Shown: positions 9,503-19,353 of the stretch, one piece after another | Layout of the letters: every line of letters begins with the position of its first letter | How positions within the stretch are numbered: position 1 is the first letter of the stretch | IMG/VR virus record: IMGVR_UViG_3300037339_000405 | Coordinates: 31,623 to 95,622 of that record | Strand: one strand, 5' to 3' | Origin: a virus | Length of the DNA stretch: 64,000 nt | Translations under genes and position numbers: made by a program | Notes under the pieces: model-generated | The model's database searches: none | What the model saw: the letters and a program-made list of their open reading frames with translations, nothing else | What the model was told of the DNA's origin: nothing

Positions 9503-10441
9503 TTACCCAGTAATGTTGATGTACTTCACAACCGCATCCTCTTCCTCGATCTGGAAGGCCACGCGCGCCGTCAGAACAATGACAAACACCCGGGCACGGA
9601 TATCCTTGTCGTACTCCAGTGTGATGCGGCGTTGGATACCCATGATCAGGTTGAGCGGGTTGGTGAAGAGCCCGGTAGTGCTCGGCATGAGCGGAACTCC
9701 GGACACCTGCGAGCCATACGCATACATCGGGGACGTGCCCTGCAGCATCGAGTCGCCCAGCGCCGTCTGGCGGTTCGCATAGGTGTCACGGTACTCGGTC
9801 TCGTTGTCCACCGACACATAATGACTCAGGGCTGCCCGGTTACGCAGGTACTTGTCGGGCATCGCCTTCACGCCGGCCTTCAGCACATCCTTGCTGATCG
9901 TAGCAGCCGAAGCATCCACCACATGTGAAGTGGCCCGCTTCAGGAAGCCGTCCTGCAGAGCGATGTAGTCATCGCCAGACAGGGTATCGCCTTTCAGGCC
10001 AAGCTCTTCCAGATCCAGCGAAGCGCGTTCAGCAAGCAGCGTGATGATGGTGTCCATCATGCCGCCGGCACTGGAACCCATCGAGGCATTGATGTTGCCA
10101 CCCTCAACGTTGTCTTCCAGCACATCGTATGGAATCCACACCTCGGCGATCACCTCGGACGTGTTCAGCACGACTTGGCCAAGATCCGGCTTGACACGAT
10201 CCCCGGGGTCAAGCGCAACAGCCGACACACCCGCACGCAGTACGCGCGAGCCAAAACCGATCTTGTTGATCTTGCGTTCGGGGGCGTTCATGGTCACCAC
10301 CCGAATGCTGTTCAGCAGCGTTGGCGTATCAATGAGGGTCCTAACGAACCGGTCGGTTTGCTCCGGGTTCAGCAGGCCACCATCTGCTACGAGATCAGCA
10401 AGCGCGATATCCGCTTTTCGGACGATCTCTTGATTGGTCAT
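9503..10441 (-). CDS. major capsid protein (HK97 fold)
   Basis: GGLLNPEQ.DRF, I..DVLEDN.EG and AMPDKY motifs; follows the scaffold gene. Confidence 0.9.
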   Translation of the reverse strand: MTNQEIVRKADIALADLVADGGLLNPEQTDRFVRTLIDTPTLLNSIRVVTMNAPERKINKIGFGSRVLRAGVSAVALDPGDRVKPDLGQVVLNTSEVIAEVWIPYDVLEDNVEGGNINASMGSSAGGMMDTIITLLAERASLDLEELGLKGDTLSGDDYIALQDGFLKRATSHVVDASAATISKDVLKAGVKAMPDKYLRNRAALSHYVSVDNETEYRDTYANRQTALGDSMLQGTSPMYAYGSQVSGVPLMPSTTGLFTNPLNLIMGIQRRITLEYDKDIRARVFVIVLTARVAFQIEEEDAVVKYINITG

Positions 10442-10474
10442 CTCAGGTCTCCTTAGTATCTCGGGTTAGTACGT

Positions 10475-11725
10475 TCAGCTGGCGAAGCCTTGCCGGCGCC
10501 GGAATGCCTCGCTCTGCTTAGTAGCAAAACGAGAGTTCTTGCGCACGTCATGGAGTGCGGTGTCAATTGCCCCACTGGAGAAATTGTCACCCTTTTCCAC
10601 GCGCTGCTGCTGGCGGTCGTCAGCTGGAGCACCGCCGATCAGCTTGCCTTTCGCGGCGGCTTCAGCCTTGAGAGCCGTGTCCGTCGCTTCTTGCACCTTA
10701 GTAGCCAGTTCACCTTGAGACTTGACCACGCCATCCACCTTCTCCACAAGCCCGGTGATCTGGCCCGTCACCTGAGTGACAAACCCCTGCAGCGCCTCGT
10801 TCATGACACCACGTGCCTGCTCAAGGATCTGTTTCATTGGGTCGGCCTCACTCTCTGAGGCTTTCTTCTTGGCAGCCGCCTCTTCCTCGGCCTTCTTGGC
10901 CGCTTCGGCTGCCGCCGCATCGTCTGCCACTTTCTTGGCAGCGGCTTCGTCAGCGGCCTTCTTCTTGTCGTCCTTCATCACGACACACTTGCCGTCCATG
11001 AGTTCGTAACCCGGCTTGCAATTGCCGTCTTCGCCCATGTTCTTGTCCATCTCATCGGCCTTCATGATGGCACGGATGTCCCGATCCACCTTGAACGCCT
11101 TGGCGGGGATACCCTTCGCCATGCCCACCACGTAGTTGTGAAACTCGGTGAGTACCCCGTCAATCTTGGACACCGCGTCCTGCTGCGTCAGCGGATCGAT
11201 GGTGTAGAGCACCGAAGAGATCGCATCGGCGAGCGCTTGCGAAGCCATGCTCAGCCCGGGGATGAAGCTCTGGGCTTTCACCAACTCGGTGAATGACCCG
11301 CCCTCCGGCCCCACTTGGTAAGGGCTAAACCCCTTGACCACCGCCAGCAGGCTGTCCGACATGCGAACCACGATGGCGTCCTTCACCTTCGAGAGATCCT
11401 CGTCAATCTGGCTGAAGACCACCGTGCCGTCTTCCATCTCCTGCGCCTTGTCCACCACGAAGCCACCGGCCACAATCTTGGCCTTGATTTCTTCCAGCTT
11501 GGCGGACTTCTCGACCACAAAAGCAAGAATCGAGGACGTAACAGCCTCGTCTGCCGCTTTCTTGGCGGCACGCATATTCAATCCGATTTTTCCGAGATCC
11601 AGCATGCCGTTCTCCGTGGATTGTTTGATGATACGAAAAGGGATGCGATTGGCACCCCGGTCCACCAGCGAAATGTGGGTCACATCGCAGTTGTCCAGCT
11701 TGTTTGCAACCAGTTGCAGTTTCAT
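10475..11725 (-). CDS. capsid scaffolding protein
   Basis: N-terminal ISLVDRGAN..F.IIK motif, K/A/E-rich coiled coil, many [VIL]xK[ASG] motifs; immediately upstream of the capsid gene. Confidence 0.75.
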   Translation of the reverse strand: MKLQLVANKLDNCDVTHISLVDRGANRIPFRIIKQSTENGMLDLGKIGLNMRAAKKAADEAVTSSILAFVVEKSAKLEEIKAKIVAGGFVVDKAQEMEDGTVVFSQIDEDLSKVKDAIVVRMSDSLLAVVKGFSPYQVGPEGGSFTELVKAQSFIPGLSMASQALADAISSVLYTIDPLTQQDAVSKIDGVLTEFHNYVVGMAKGIPAKAFKVDRDIRAIMKADEMDKNMGEDGNCKPGYELMDGKCVVMKDDKKKAADEAAAKKVADDAAAAEAAKKAEEEAAAKKKASESEADPMKQILEQARGVMNEALQGFVTQVTGQITGLVEKVDGVVKSQGELATKVQEATDTALKAEAAAKGKLIGGAPADDRQQQRVEKGDNFSSGAIDTALHDVRKNSRFATKQSEAFRRRQGFAS

Positions 11726-11776
11726 AGGAGGGGAGTGTAGAGCCTCCCCAGCCTCCTAACAAGACGTGCAAAACCC

Positions 11777-12172
11777 TTATCGCAAGAAACGAACATCTTC
11801 ACCGGTCAACGCAAGCAGATGGCCACCAATACCCCGGACGAATAGACCTGATCCTTCATCAAATCCCACCTTCAAAGTCTTGGTCTTGCCCTTCAAAAAA
11901 GCCGTGATCTCTTTGCCTGACACCTCTACCGTGTTTCCCCCTTTGTCTTTAACCTGATACACAGTTGCATTGGTCTTCATAGAAAAACGGGGAGTACCCA
12001 CCACATAGTAGCCGCGCTTTCCAAGTTCTTTGGCGGCCTCCATAACAGTCAGCTTCTTGTGCGGCGGTACCGGTGGAATGGACTCACTTCCACCACCCCC
12101 CTCATCAGTGTGCTGATTGCCCCGAAAAGGATGCCCGGGGGGCTCACCGCGCAAAATTTTCACGTAACTCAT
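11777..12172 (-). CDS. small putative head-associated protein with N-terminal ILR-GEPPGHPFRGNQ tag
   Basis: Inserted between protease and scaffold; start overlaps the protease stop (ATGA). Confidence 0.6.
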   Translation of the reverse strand: MSYVKILRGEPPGHPFRGNQHTDEGGGGSESIPPVPPHKKLTVMEAAKELGKRGYYVVGTPRFSMKTNATVYQVKDKGGNTVEVSGKEITAFLKGKTKTLKVGFDEGSGLFVRGIGGHLLALTGEDVRFLR

Positions 12173-12777
12173 GTGGACTCCTCCATCTCAACCGCTTTAA
12201 TACCCTCTATGTAGCTGAACCTGTGGGCGTGCTTGTCTTCGCCGGCTTCCTCGGTGGTGGTGCCGCGCTTGATCAGATGGGCATGACCTTCCACCACATC
12301 CGTGCGCCCACCCAAGAACTTGCCGGCCTCGTCGTAAGCGACGAAGAAGCGGTGTTCATGGTTGTCGGACTTGCTCGTAGTGCCCTCAAGAATCGGAGGC
12401 AGTTCCATCTCGATGATCGTGGGAGCCCGAGTCACCAGCGCTTCCAGACTGAAGCCGTTGATCACGCCCTTCTTGATCTTGCCCCATACATCGTCATTGT
12501 TGACGTGCATGCCCACGACCCACGCACCTTCGATGAAATCCGGATCACCCTTGCGGGCAATGAAGGACTCCACGATAGAGGCACCTTCGACCAGCTTGTT
12601 GTCGTGCTGCATGTCGATTGAATCGACCCGCTTGTTGCGCAGGAACCCGTAGGCCATCTTGCGGATCGTCGCGGCGTTCATGAAATCCCCCTCGGTGTCG
12701 GGGATATCGGGTGCGTATACCTCAGCCCACACCATGCGCTGCTCGTCGTCCGCAGCCAGTTTTCTTTCGCGCGTCAT
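12169..12777 (-). CDS. prohead serine protease (XkdF-like)
   Basis: V.AEVYAPD.PD.EGD, ID.QH, VESFIA, G.WV.G.HV, W..IKKG..NGFS motifs; His-rich C-terminus; start reassigned to MTRERK. Confidence 0.85.
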   Translation of the reverse strand: MTRERKLAADDEQRMVWAEVYAPDIPDTEGDFMNAATIRKMAYGFLRNKRVDSIDMQHDNKLVEGASIVESFIARKGDPDFIEGAWVVGMHVNNDDVWGKIKKGVINGFSLEALVTRAPTIIEMELPPILEGTTSKSDNHEHRFFVAYDEAGKFLGGRTDVVEGHAHLIKRGTTTEEAGEDKHAHRFSYIEGIKAVEMEEST

Positions 12778-12820
12778 GGGTTCCTGCAGTTGATTGCAAA
12801 CGCCCAAATGGTATCGCTTC

Positions 12821-13003
12821 CTAACGAGGTGGGTCAATGCTCCTGATAGGAAGCTTTTGCATCTGTAACCATCCCTTGGCCTGAGAAATGGCGGCATCCC
12901 TCTCCGGAGTATGCGTCTGCTGCTTCAGCTTGGCTATGTAACGCCGTATCTGCTCAGCAGGGGAATACACGGACACTTCCGGGTCAATCAAGCTGGCGAT
13001 CAT
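12821..13003 (-). CDS. small hypothetical protein directly after MuF (possible partner of its C-terminal domain)
   Basis: ATGA overlap with the MuF stop. Confidence 0.45.
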   Translation of the reverse strand: MIASLIDPEVSVYSPAEQIRRYIAKLKQQTHTPERDAAISQAKGWLQMQKLPIRSIDPPR

Positions 13004-16000
13004 GCGATAGCCTCCAAGGGCTCGTGAATCAAGAAGGACGGGTTTATGGGAGGCATCTGCAGGCTCTTCAACACATCAATTCGTGCCTGCACTGCCTTCA
13101 CATCGATCAACCCTTCCACCATAGCCACATCATGCAGGAAACCGGGTCCTGCCTTCTCCACCACATAATCAAGCAACCCGTACCGATGCATCACCTGATT
13201 CACGAAATGCGTATGAGCAACAGCTGCCACATTCTCATGCACCCTTCCAGCTTGCACAAACGGGCGTATCGCAGAATAAAATTCTGCCGCAGCTTTCTGG
13301 TACACATCCCGATAGAGAAGGTTAAATTCACGCATCGCATCGATATTACCCATGAATTCTTTCACCCTCCCGGCATACGTCGTGCCTTCAGAAGTCAGCG
13401 CGAGCATCTTGTCAATGCCCCAATTGGAGGCCAGCAGCATGTCCATGTCACTCAAGCTCCTCCCCATCGGGTGATTGTGGTACACCGTGGTACCTGACAG
13501 GCGCGCGGCCTCCTCCATCGTGAAATCCACGTAAGATTTGGTGCCCCCCTTAGTCAGCACCTCTTCGCCAGACCGATTGAACGCATAGAGGTATTCGCGT
13601 TCCGCGCTATCGGGCTGGTTGAGCACGTACTTGGAAGCTGTCTCATGAGCTTGCTGTACCGCGCTACGCCCGGTAAGAGGAGGCGCGGAAGTAATCTGCT
13701 CTATGCCTAGATCCGTGTGCACCGGCTGCTTGATGCGATCTGGAAATGCGGCTTGAAAACTGGGAGTGTCTTCAATGTTTGGAACCTGCCCGAGCGGTAC
13801 CAGCTGCCCCCTGCAAAACGGATGAAATGGGGGGATATGCCAATTGCGGGCCACCACTTCTTCTTCGGTCATGTTGCGCAGCTTCTCTACGTCACTGGCT
13901 CGCTGACTAGGCCACGACTGCAACGTGCGAAGCTCCTGCGGATCGTCCACCGAGAGCACTACGTCCAACGTGTTGCGCGCTGAGACCACCGTGAAGGTGC
14001 GTCCATGCATCGCACGGCACACCGGACAAATCTTGTTATCCAGCTGCTCGTTTATTGCGTAGCGTTCCACCCCGAGAATCTCTGCCTCGGACGTGAACCC
14101 ATACGCGGCCACGCGCGTAGTGTGCAGGGCGCTCACCATCTGCATGTAACCGCGCCCACCATCACGGAAGCTTACGAAAGGTTGGATCAAGCTCTTGGTA
14201 AGCTCTTTGCTTACACGCCGGAGATGCAGGGGGTAGCGCGGCTGCCCTTCTTCTTGCCATTCCGCGCGCCAAATCACCGTCTTTCTATCCAGTGTGCGCA
14301 CGGTCTCTACCACATCCCCAGTCCACGCACGCCATTCCCCAAGAGAAGATACCTTGTACCCACGCGTGCCTTTCTTGGGAGACACTTGCAAAACCTTTAT
14401 CTCTTGGCGCCCTATATTCTTGAGAGCTTCAGCATCCGTCATGAAGAACAACGGATCTAAAGCGCCCCCCGCATTCTCGCGCCCTGCGAGGAACCGTTGA
14501 ACAAAACGCATGCGCGTTTCCGTCTGCTCTACTTCGGTAGCAGGCCGTGAATAGAAACCTTCCCCCTCGCTCTGCCAGCTACCACCCAGTTTCCCCGCAA
14601 CAATCTTGGGATCAGTAGAGAACGGGGTGTCTTTGGGCCAGCGCTTGTCAAGTGGGCCGATAAACATCACTGTACGATTACGTGTCGATGCATCTAATTC
14701 CAATGGGATGCCGCGTTTTGAAACAGCGCCTCCCCAGATCCTAGTGATGAAATCCATGTAAGGCTGTTTGGCCTCTTCGCCCAAAGTGGCTTTGCCGATC
14801 AAGTCTTCTAGGCTCACTTTCTCGTTGAGAACATCGTGCATCAACAGCATCGCATTCTCGATTGCAACAGCCGTGCCCTTGTCTTCAGTGAAGCTGATAG
14901 TGTCCGAAGTCCCCCCACCTAGCCCGCGTCCAAGACCCTGACCTAGCTCCTCGCGCGTCTTTAGCCCGTGCTCCATGACAGCAGAGACTGCCGTAGTAAC
15001 GTGGTACAACTCATCGGGCAGGTTTTCTAGCTTCTCAGCCCCCGACAGGTTTGCCTGCAGAAAAAACCCCTGCTTCGCTGCGCTCTCCGGAGTTATGGTA
15101 CCCATGGCAAGCGCTCTCATCATCTGCGCATCCCACGCACGCTCCTTCACGCGCTTCTTGTCAAAGAGTTCATGCACAGCCTCTGCGCTACCTAACCTTT
15201 CCACTATCTGATCGTAGTTCAAGCCCGCGACACCAGCATCTTCCATCATACTAGCGTCAAACCGCTCTCGTTTACCTTCCGGCGGCTCATTGCTGCGCGC
15301 CCACTGACCCCCCTCCGAAGTACCTGCAGGACTACGCGGCTGGTCGGGATCGTATTTTGTAGTGGCTCTACCCCTTGAAAACACCACATCGGAAGCCCGC
15401 CATACAAAGCGCTGCCCGATCCTTTTACTCGGTGCGGCTGATTTCAATGCACGCTGCTCCTGAGAAACTATCTCAAGCATCACCATTTTGCGCTTGATGA
15501 TCTCGTCCTCAGTAACCCGCATGCTCACGGGTACATCCTCCTGCACGGACAACACCCTGAACTTTGTCCCACGTGCAAGGATGAACTCATTCTCTGTGCC
15601 AGCGCCCGTGCCCAACCCTTTGTAACCTGCGGGCACAATAATACGGGCAACCACTTCTCCCGGAGTAAATGCGAAGTCCGCTGCCTTGCTAGAAGAAAGA
15701 CTAGTGGAGGTGAAGCCGTTGTCTACAAACTCATCTCCCGCAGCAACTGCCTTCGCAAGCGGACCCCCCATGCCACGGTACACGGCAAGAGACTCTTTAA
15801 GAGGGGGTGCGCCTTCTATCGCCTTGTCTAAGGCCGCAACGTGCTCTTTGGTATAGCTCAAAGTTTCCTCTGACCCTAATCCACTTCTCAAATACTCGTT
15901 AATCACTCTGTAACCAATGCCAGTGTAGTTGCCCAGAGCAATACCTTGTGCTGCTGGCAAGTTGGCTGTGTAGTCTCCATAGTTGTCGGAAAGAAACTCT

Positions 16001-17148
16001 CGGGCTTTCTCCCTCTGGTCCCCGGGATCAGGCCCCACCTGCTCCAGAACATCCATTACACCTGTGTCAGTCCAGCGCCCTGCTTCATCACGCGGTTGGT
16101 CGGGGTCGTATTTTGTGATGCTAGGATTTTTTGGGTCAAACGCTCCGGTGTTACCTAGTGCAGACTTGATCTGCTCGGGCTTGAATACTCCCCAAGTCCA
16201 AGATTTACCCTCTTTCACCTTGATCCCATCGTAACCAGCCTTCTGTGCCGCTTCAACAAATCCCGGAGAGGCGATGATTTGATAAGCCTTGAACTTCTGC
16301 GGCACCCCGTCCACTTCCTCATCTCCGTACTTGCCGACAGTGAACTCCAACCCAGTCGCCTTTCTGGCTTCCGCATACGTCATCTTGTCGTTCATGTTGA
16401 ACTTCAAGGTGATCGGCTTCTTCACGGAGAGCCACACCGGATAGACCGTCGGGTACTGTCCTTCATTCCACGACTTTGCCCCCGAATACTGGTCAGCGAG
16501 AACGGAAGTCACTCCGAACCACGCCACTGGATCTGTTCTGAACTCCTCTATCCCCGTCTCTCCAGTACCGTGTAAAACCACCAACGGGGCTCCTTTGGGA
16601 TCACGAACCTTGCTTTCCCCAAACCACTCGCGGAACTCGGGAGTGCCGGTGACAGTCCAGCGCCCCTGCTCGTCTCTCGGCTGATCTGGATTGAATTTGG
16701 TGATCCGCAACTGAAATGGATCAACCTCGGTGGGACCGAAATTGGTGGTGTCGTCACTGGCTTCCACGTCTGCAATCAATTGCAGCATATCGTCCCGCAG
16801 CAGTTCCTCAGCATCCTGAAGGATCTGCCTGACGAGCAGCAGGCCCGCCTTGTTGACGACATCGTTGAGCTTGCCTGACCCGGCCGCTGTGCTGCTCGCG
16901 CGCTCGGTCACGCGCGTGGCACCCACAAGCAGGGCCGCGCGTGTGTAGTACTCGATGGACTTGAGATTCTCGTCTACAACTGTCTGCAGGCTGATTGAAT
17001 TGGCGATCTGCGTTGCCAGCGCGTAGTCGCCCTTCTGCAGGGCAGACTTGACCTTACGTCCGATCTCGTTGGAAACCGTGAACCAGCTGCGGGTCAGCTT
17101 GTTGGCAAGCCCCTGCTCAACCGACAGGTAGGCTTCAATTGACGCCAT
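13000..17148 (-). CDS. MuF (SPP1 gp7-like) head morphogenesis protein carrying three inserted ART-like domains and a C-terminal JAB-like domain
   Basis: MuF motifs D.KICPVC..MHG and PPFHPFCRG; HGT..YPVWL..GYDGI..F.PEQIKS (ART-PolyVal-like); VYRG/FTSTS/ENE (VIP2-like ART); LYHVT..V..HGL (ART-like); HNHP...SLS..D (JAB-like); follows portal. Confidence 0.88.
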   Translation of the reverse strand: MASIEAYLSVEQGLANKLTRSWFTVSNEIGRKVKSALQKGDYALATQIANSISLQTVVDENLKSIEYYTRAALLVGATRVTERASSTAAGSGKLNDVVNKAGLLLVRQILQDAEELLRDDMLQLIADVEASDDTTNFGPTEVDPFQLRITKFNPDQPRDEQGRWTVTGTPEFREWFGESKVRDPKGAPLVVLHGTGETGIEEFRTDPVAWFGVTSVLADQYSGAKSWNEGQYPTVYPVWLSVKKPITLKFNMNDKMTYAEARKATGLEFTVGKYGDEEVDGVPQKFKAYQIIASPGFVEAAQKAGYDGIKVKEGKSWTWGVFKPEQIKSALGNTGAFDPKNPSITKYDPDQPRDEAGRWTDTGVMDVLEQVGPDPGDQREKAREFLSDNYGDYTANLPAAQGIALGNYTGIGYRVINEYLRSGLGSEETLSYTKEHVAALDKAIEGAPPLKESLAVYRGMGGPLAKAVAAGDEFVDNGFTSTSLSSSKAADFAFTPGEVVARIIVPAGYKGLGTGAGTENEFILARGTKFRVLSVQEDVPVSMRVTEDEIIKRKMVMLEIVSQEQRALKSAAPSKRIGQRFVWRASDVVFSRGRATTKYDPDQPRSPAGTSEGGQWARSNEPPEGKRERFDASMMEDAGVAGLNYDQIVERLGSAEAVHELFDKKRVKERAWDAQMMRALAMGTITPESAAKQGFFLQANLSGAEKLENLPDELYHVTTAVSAVMEHGLKTREELGQGLGRGLGGGTSDTISFTEDKGTAVAIENAMLLMHDVLNEKVSLEDLIGKATLGEEAKQPYMDFITRIWGGAVSKRGIPLELDASTRNRTVMFIGPLDKRWPKDTPFSTDPKIVAGKLGGSWQSEGEGFYSRPATEVEQTETRMRFVQRFLAGRENAGGALDPLFFMTDAEALKNIGRQEIKVLQVSPKKGTRGYKVSSLGEWRAWTGDVVETVRTLDRKTVIWRAEWQEEGQPRYPLHLRRVSKELTKSLIQPFVSFRDGGRGYMQMVSALHTTRVAAYGFTSEAEILGVERYAINEQLDNKICPVCRAMHGRTFTVVSARNTLDVVLSVDDPQELRTLQSWPSQRASDVEKLRNMTEEEVVARNWHIPPFHPFCRGQLVPLGQVPNIEDTPSFQAAFPDRIKQPVHTDLGIEQITSAPPLTGRSAVQQAHETASKYVLNQPDSAEREYLYAFNRSGEEVLTKGGTKSYVDFTMEEAARLSGTTVYHNHPMGRSLSDMDMLLASNWGIDKMLALTSEGTTYAGRVKEFMGNIDAMREFNLLYRDVYQKAAAEFYSAIRPFVQAGRVHENVAAVAHTHFVNQVMHRYGLLDYVVEKAGPGFLHDVAMVEGLIDVKAVQARIDVLKSLQMPPINPSFLIHEPLEAIA

Positions 17149-17152
17149 GGAG

Positions 17153-19300
17153 CTATTGCATCATCGTGTCGCCGCAACATGCCGCGATCTCGGCCAGTCC
17201 AGCGGGATCTCTACCAATAGCCGGGAACGTCTTCGCCGCCAGCAGCTGATTCAATAGCTCGCGCTCGTGTGGCGCGCACAGATCCACCTTGTGAAGAATG
17301 GAGGCTTTCTCGATGGAGGAGTACTCGCGCGAAGGCTCATCCAGTTCCATCACCTCGGCCCACTGATTGGCGAGCACCAACAGATCCGTAGCAGTGTAGC
17401 CGGCCCGCTTCACCCCCGCTACCGGAGAGCCCACACCCGGCTGCACCGCAACTCCAACCCCGGCGGGCTTGGGTGGGGCAATCTTGCCATCAACAGCCGC
17501 TTGCGCAAATGGCACCAACTGCGGCGGAGCGTTCAAAGCCGCAGCCTGCGGATCGTACTCAAGGGTCAGGTTGGCAACCTGATTAAGGTCCTTCATAAAG
17601 CTCTCAGCGCTGGCCTTGTCCTTGCCCATCTCAAGCCCTTTCAGTTGGGCATCGATGTTGCGCAGAGTGAGAGGCTTGCTGACCATCTTGAATTTGAAAG
17701 CCCCTAGCGCCCGGGAAATCGTGCGGTTAATGATCTCGTCAAACTCCTCCCGCTCAGGCTGAAACACCTGAGCCTCAGTCACCATGTAGCTCGTCATCGC
17801 CGTGGCAAACGAGTAGTCCTGCGCCTCTCCTAGAAACAAGGGGTGCAGTCTGAAGCCACGCCTGACACGGTTCTCGGCATTCTTGTCGTACTCCTGAAAC
17901 ATCGCATCGTTCTGGCGTGAATCCCCAAAGCGCTCCACCTTCACATCCACCTTGCCAGCCGCATCAAGAGAGCCACTACTACTCTGAGCCTCTACTACCG
18001 CCGCGCGCTGCTTACTCTTGGCGCCACCTGACAAGTAGTGCAACAGCTGCTCGCGCATGGTCTCCACCACTGACCCGCCTTGAATGAAAATAATCGCTGG
18101 CGGGATGCCCCCCGCGTCAAAAAAATCTAGGTTGAACAATTCACTCTTGCGGGAACCAACCACACTGGGCATCTGATTGATCCATCGCGGCATGCCGTAG
18201 TGAGTGCGGTAATCCAGATCCACTACAAAATGAATGACCTCGCTCGCCATGTTATCCACGGGTACCGTTTCACCCGTTACAGCCCAGTCACCCTCTTTAC
18301 GCTTTAGCACGCGCGAAGCACCAAACTCCTTGTAGAAAATCTGTTGGCTGCCGATGATCTGCACATAGCGGCGCTCCCGCTTGAGCATGCTGACCGTGCT
18401 CTCTTTACCAGAGCGTTCAATTTTCACCTCCACTTCCACAGGCTGATCAAGCTTGACCAGCCGCAGTGAAGGTGATTCCAGACTGCGGCACAGCACCACG
18501 TCATTGGCCGAGTTACGAATCACTTCCAGATAGCCGTTGCCGGTCATCTCCAGATCAAAGCGCAATGCGCGCCTGATAGTAGTCATGCTCATCCCGGGGT
18601 ATGGCTCACCGTAGAAGTCCTTGAGCATCTGCTCTTCAGGATCGACAAACGGCGGGCGCACGTCTGGGGGAGGCTCTGCGCCGGGGGCGCCCGGCAAGCT
18701 TTCCGTTGTGGCCCCTATACCTTCTGGCCCGGGGTTCTGCCCCGCAGGGTCCTGCCCCGCAGGGTCCTGTGGAGGTTTCTGACCGTTCCCAGCGGGCGGG
18801 AAGGCTTTGGTGGCGGGCAGCCCCGGGATCTGATCCTGACCGTCTACAGGCGGCTGCTTGAGGCTCTCAGGAGTCTTGGAGCCCGGCGGCAACTTGATCG
18901 GTTTGCCTTCCGAGTCCTGCGGGCCATTAGCCAATCTATCCTGTACTTCCTGCCACTTTCGCAGCTTCTTTTCCCTGTCTGCCTTCTCTTGGTCAACCGG
19001 CTCGACTGTGAAGCCCGTGCCATCAATGTTCACCTCCATGGCCTGCACACACTGGAGCAGTGTGTTGTTCGCGTAGCACAGCGCAATCAACGTCTCCGGA
19101 TTGAACGGAGGCTGTATCGCCATCTTGTTAGACTGCGCGCTGGTATACAAGGATGAAAACTGATCCTCGTATGTCAGAGGTTGATTGGCAATCAACTCGT
19201 TCTCGGCGGAACGTTTGAATGCCTTGGAAAAGTGAACCGCAATATCGGCCGAACTACTACCGGATTTGCGGACGGGTATTGCTTTGTGTGCTTTAGCCAT
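17153..19300 (-). CDS. portal protein (PBSX-like) with Pro/Gln-rich insertion
   Basis: DLEMTGNGYLEV.R, EVIHF....YG.P.W, N..FF..GG.P and F..HP.FLG motifs. Confidence 0.9.
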   Translation of the reverse strand: MAKAHKAIPVRKSGSSSADIAVHFSKAFKRSAENELIANQPLTYEDQFSSLYTSAQSNKMAIQPPFNPETLIALCYANNTLLQCVQAMEVNIDGTGFTVEPVDQEKADREKKLRKWQEVQDRLANGPQDSEGKPIKLPPGSKTPESLKQPPVDGQDQIPGLPATKAFPPAGNGQKPPQDPAGQDPAGQNPGPEGIGATTESLPGAPGAEPPPDVRPPFVDPEEQMLKDFYGEPYPGMSMTTIRRALRFDLEMTGNGYLEVIRNSANDVVLCRSLESPSLRLVKLDQPVEVEVKIERSGKESTVSMLKRERRYVQIIGSQQIFYKEFGASRVLKRKEGDWAVTGETVPVDNMASEVIHFVVDLDYRTHYGMPRWINQMPSVVGSRKSELFNLDFFDAGGIPPAIIFIQGGSVVETMREQLLHYLSGGAKSKQRAAVVEAQSSSGSLDAAGKVDVKVERFGDSRQNDAMFQEYDKNAENRVRRGFRLHPLFLGEAQDYSFATAMTSYMVTEAQVFQPEREEFDEIINRTISRALGAFKFKMVSKPLTLRNIDAQLKGLEMGKDKASAESFMKDLNQVANLTLEYDPQAAALNAPPQLVPFAQAAVDGKIAPPKPAGVGVAVQPGVGSPVAGVKRAGYTATDLLVLANQWAEVMELDEPSREYSSIEKASILHKVDLCAPHERELLNQLLAAKTFPAIGRDPAGLAEIAACCGDTMMQ

Positions 19301-19353
19301 AGTGGCCCCCTGAATAGCCAGCACAGCCTACCGGATTTTGGCCCTGCTAACAA

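Noticed and set aside
12816-12828. Additional late-type promoter (CTCGTTAGGAAG) before the protease
   Set aside because: No acceptable -10 hexamer at 16-17 nt spacing
18735-18770. 15-bp tandem repeat in the portal gene
   Set aside because: Encodes a QDPAG low-complexity linker; no evidence of a separate function
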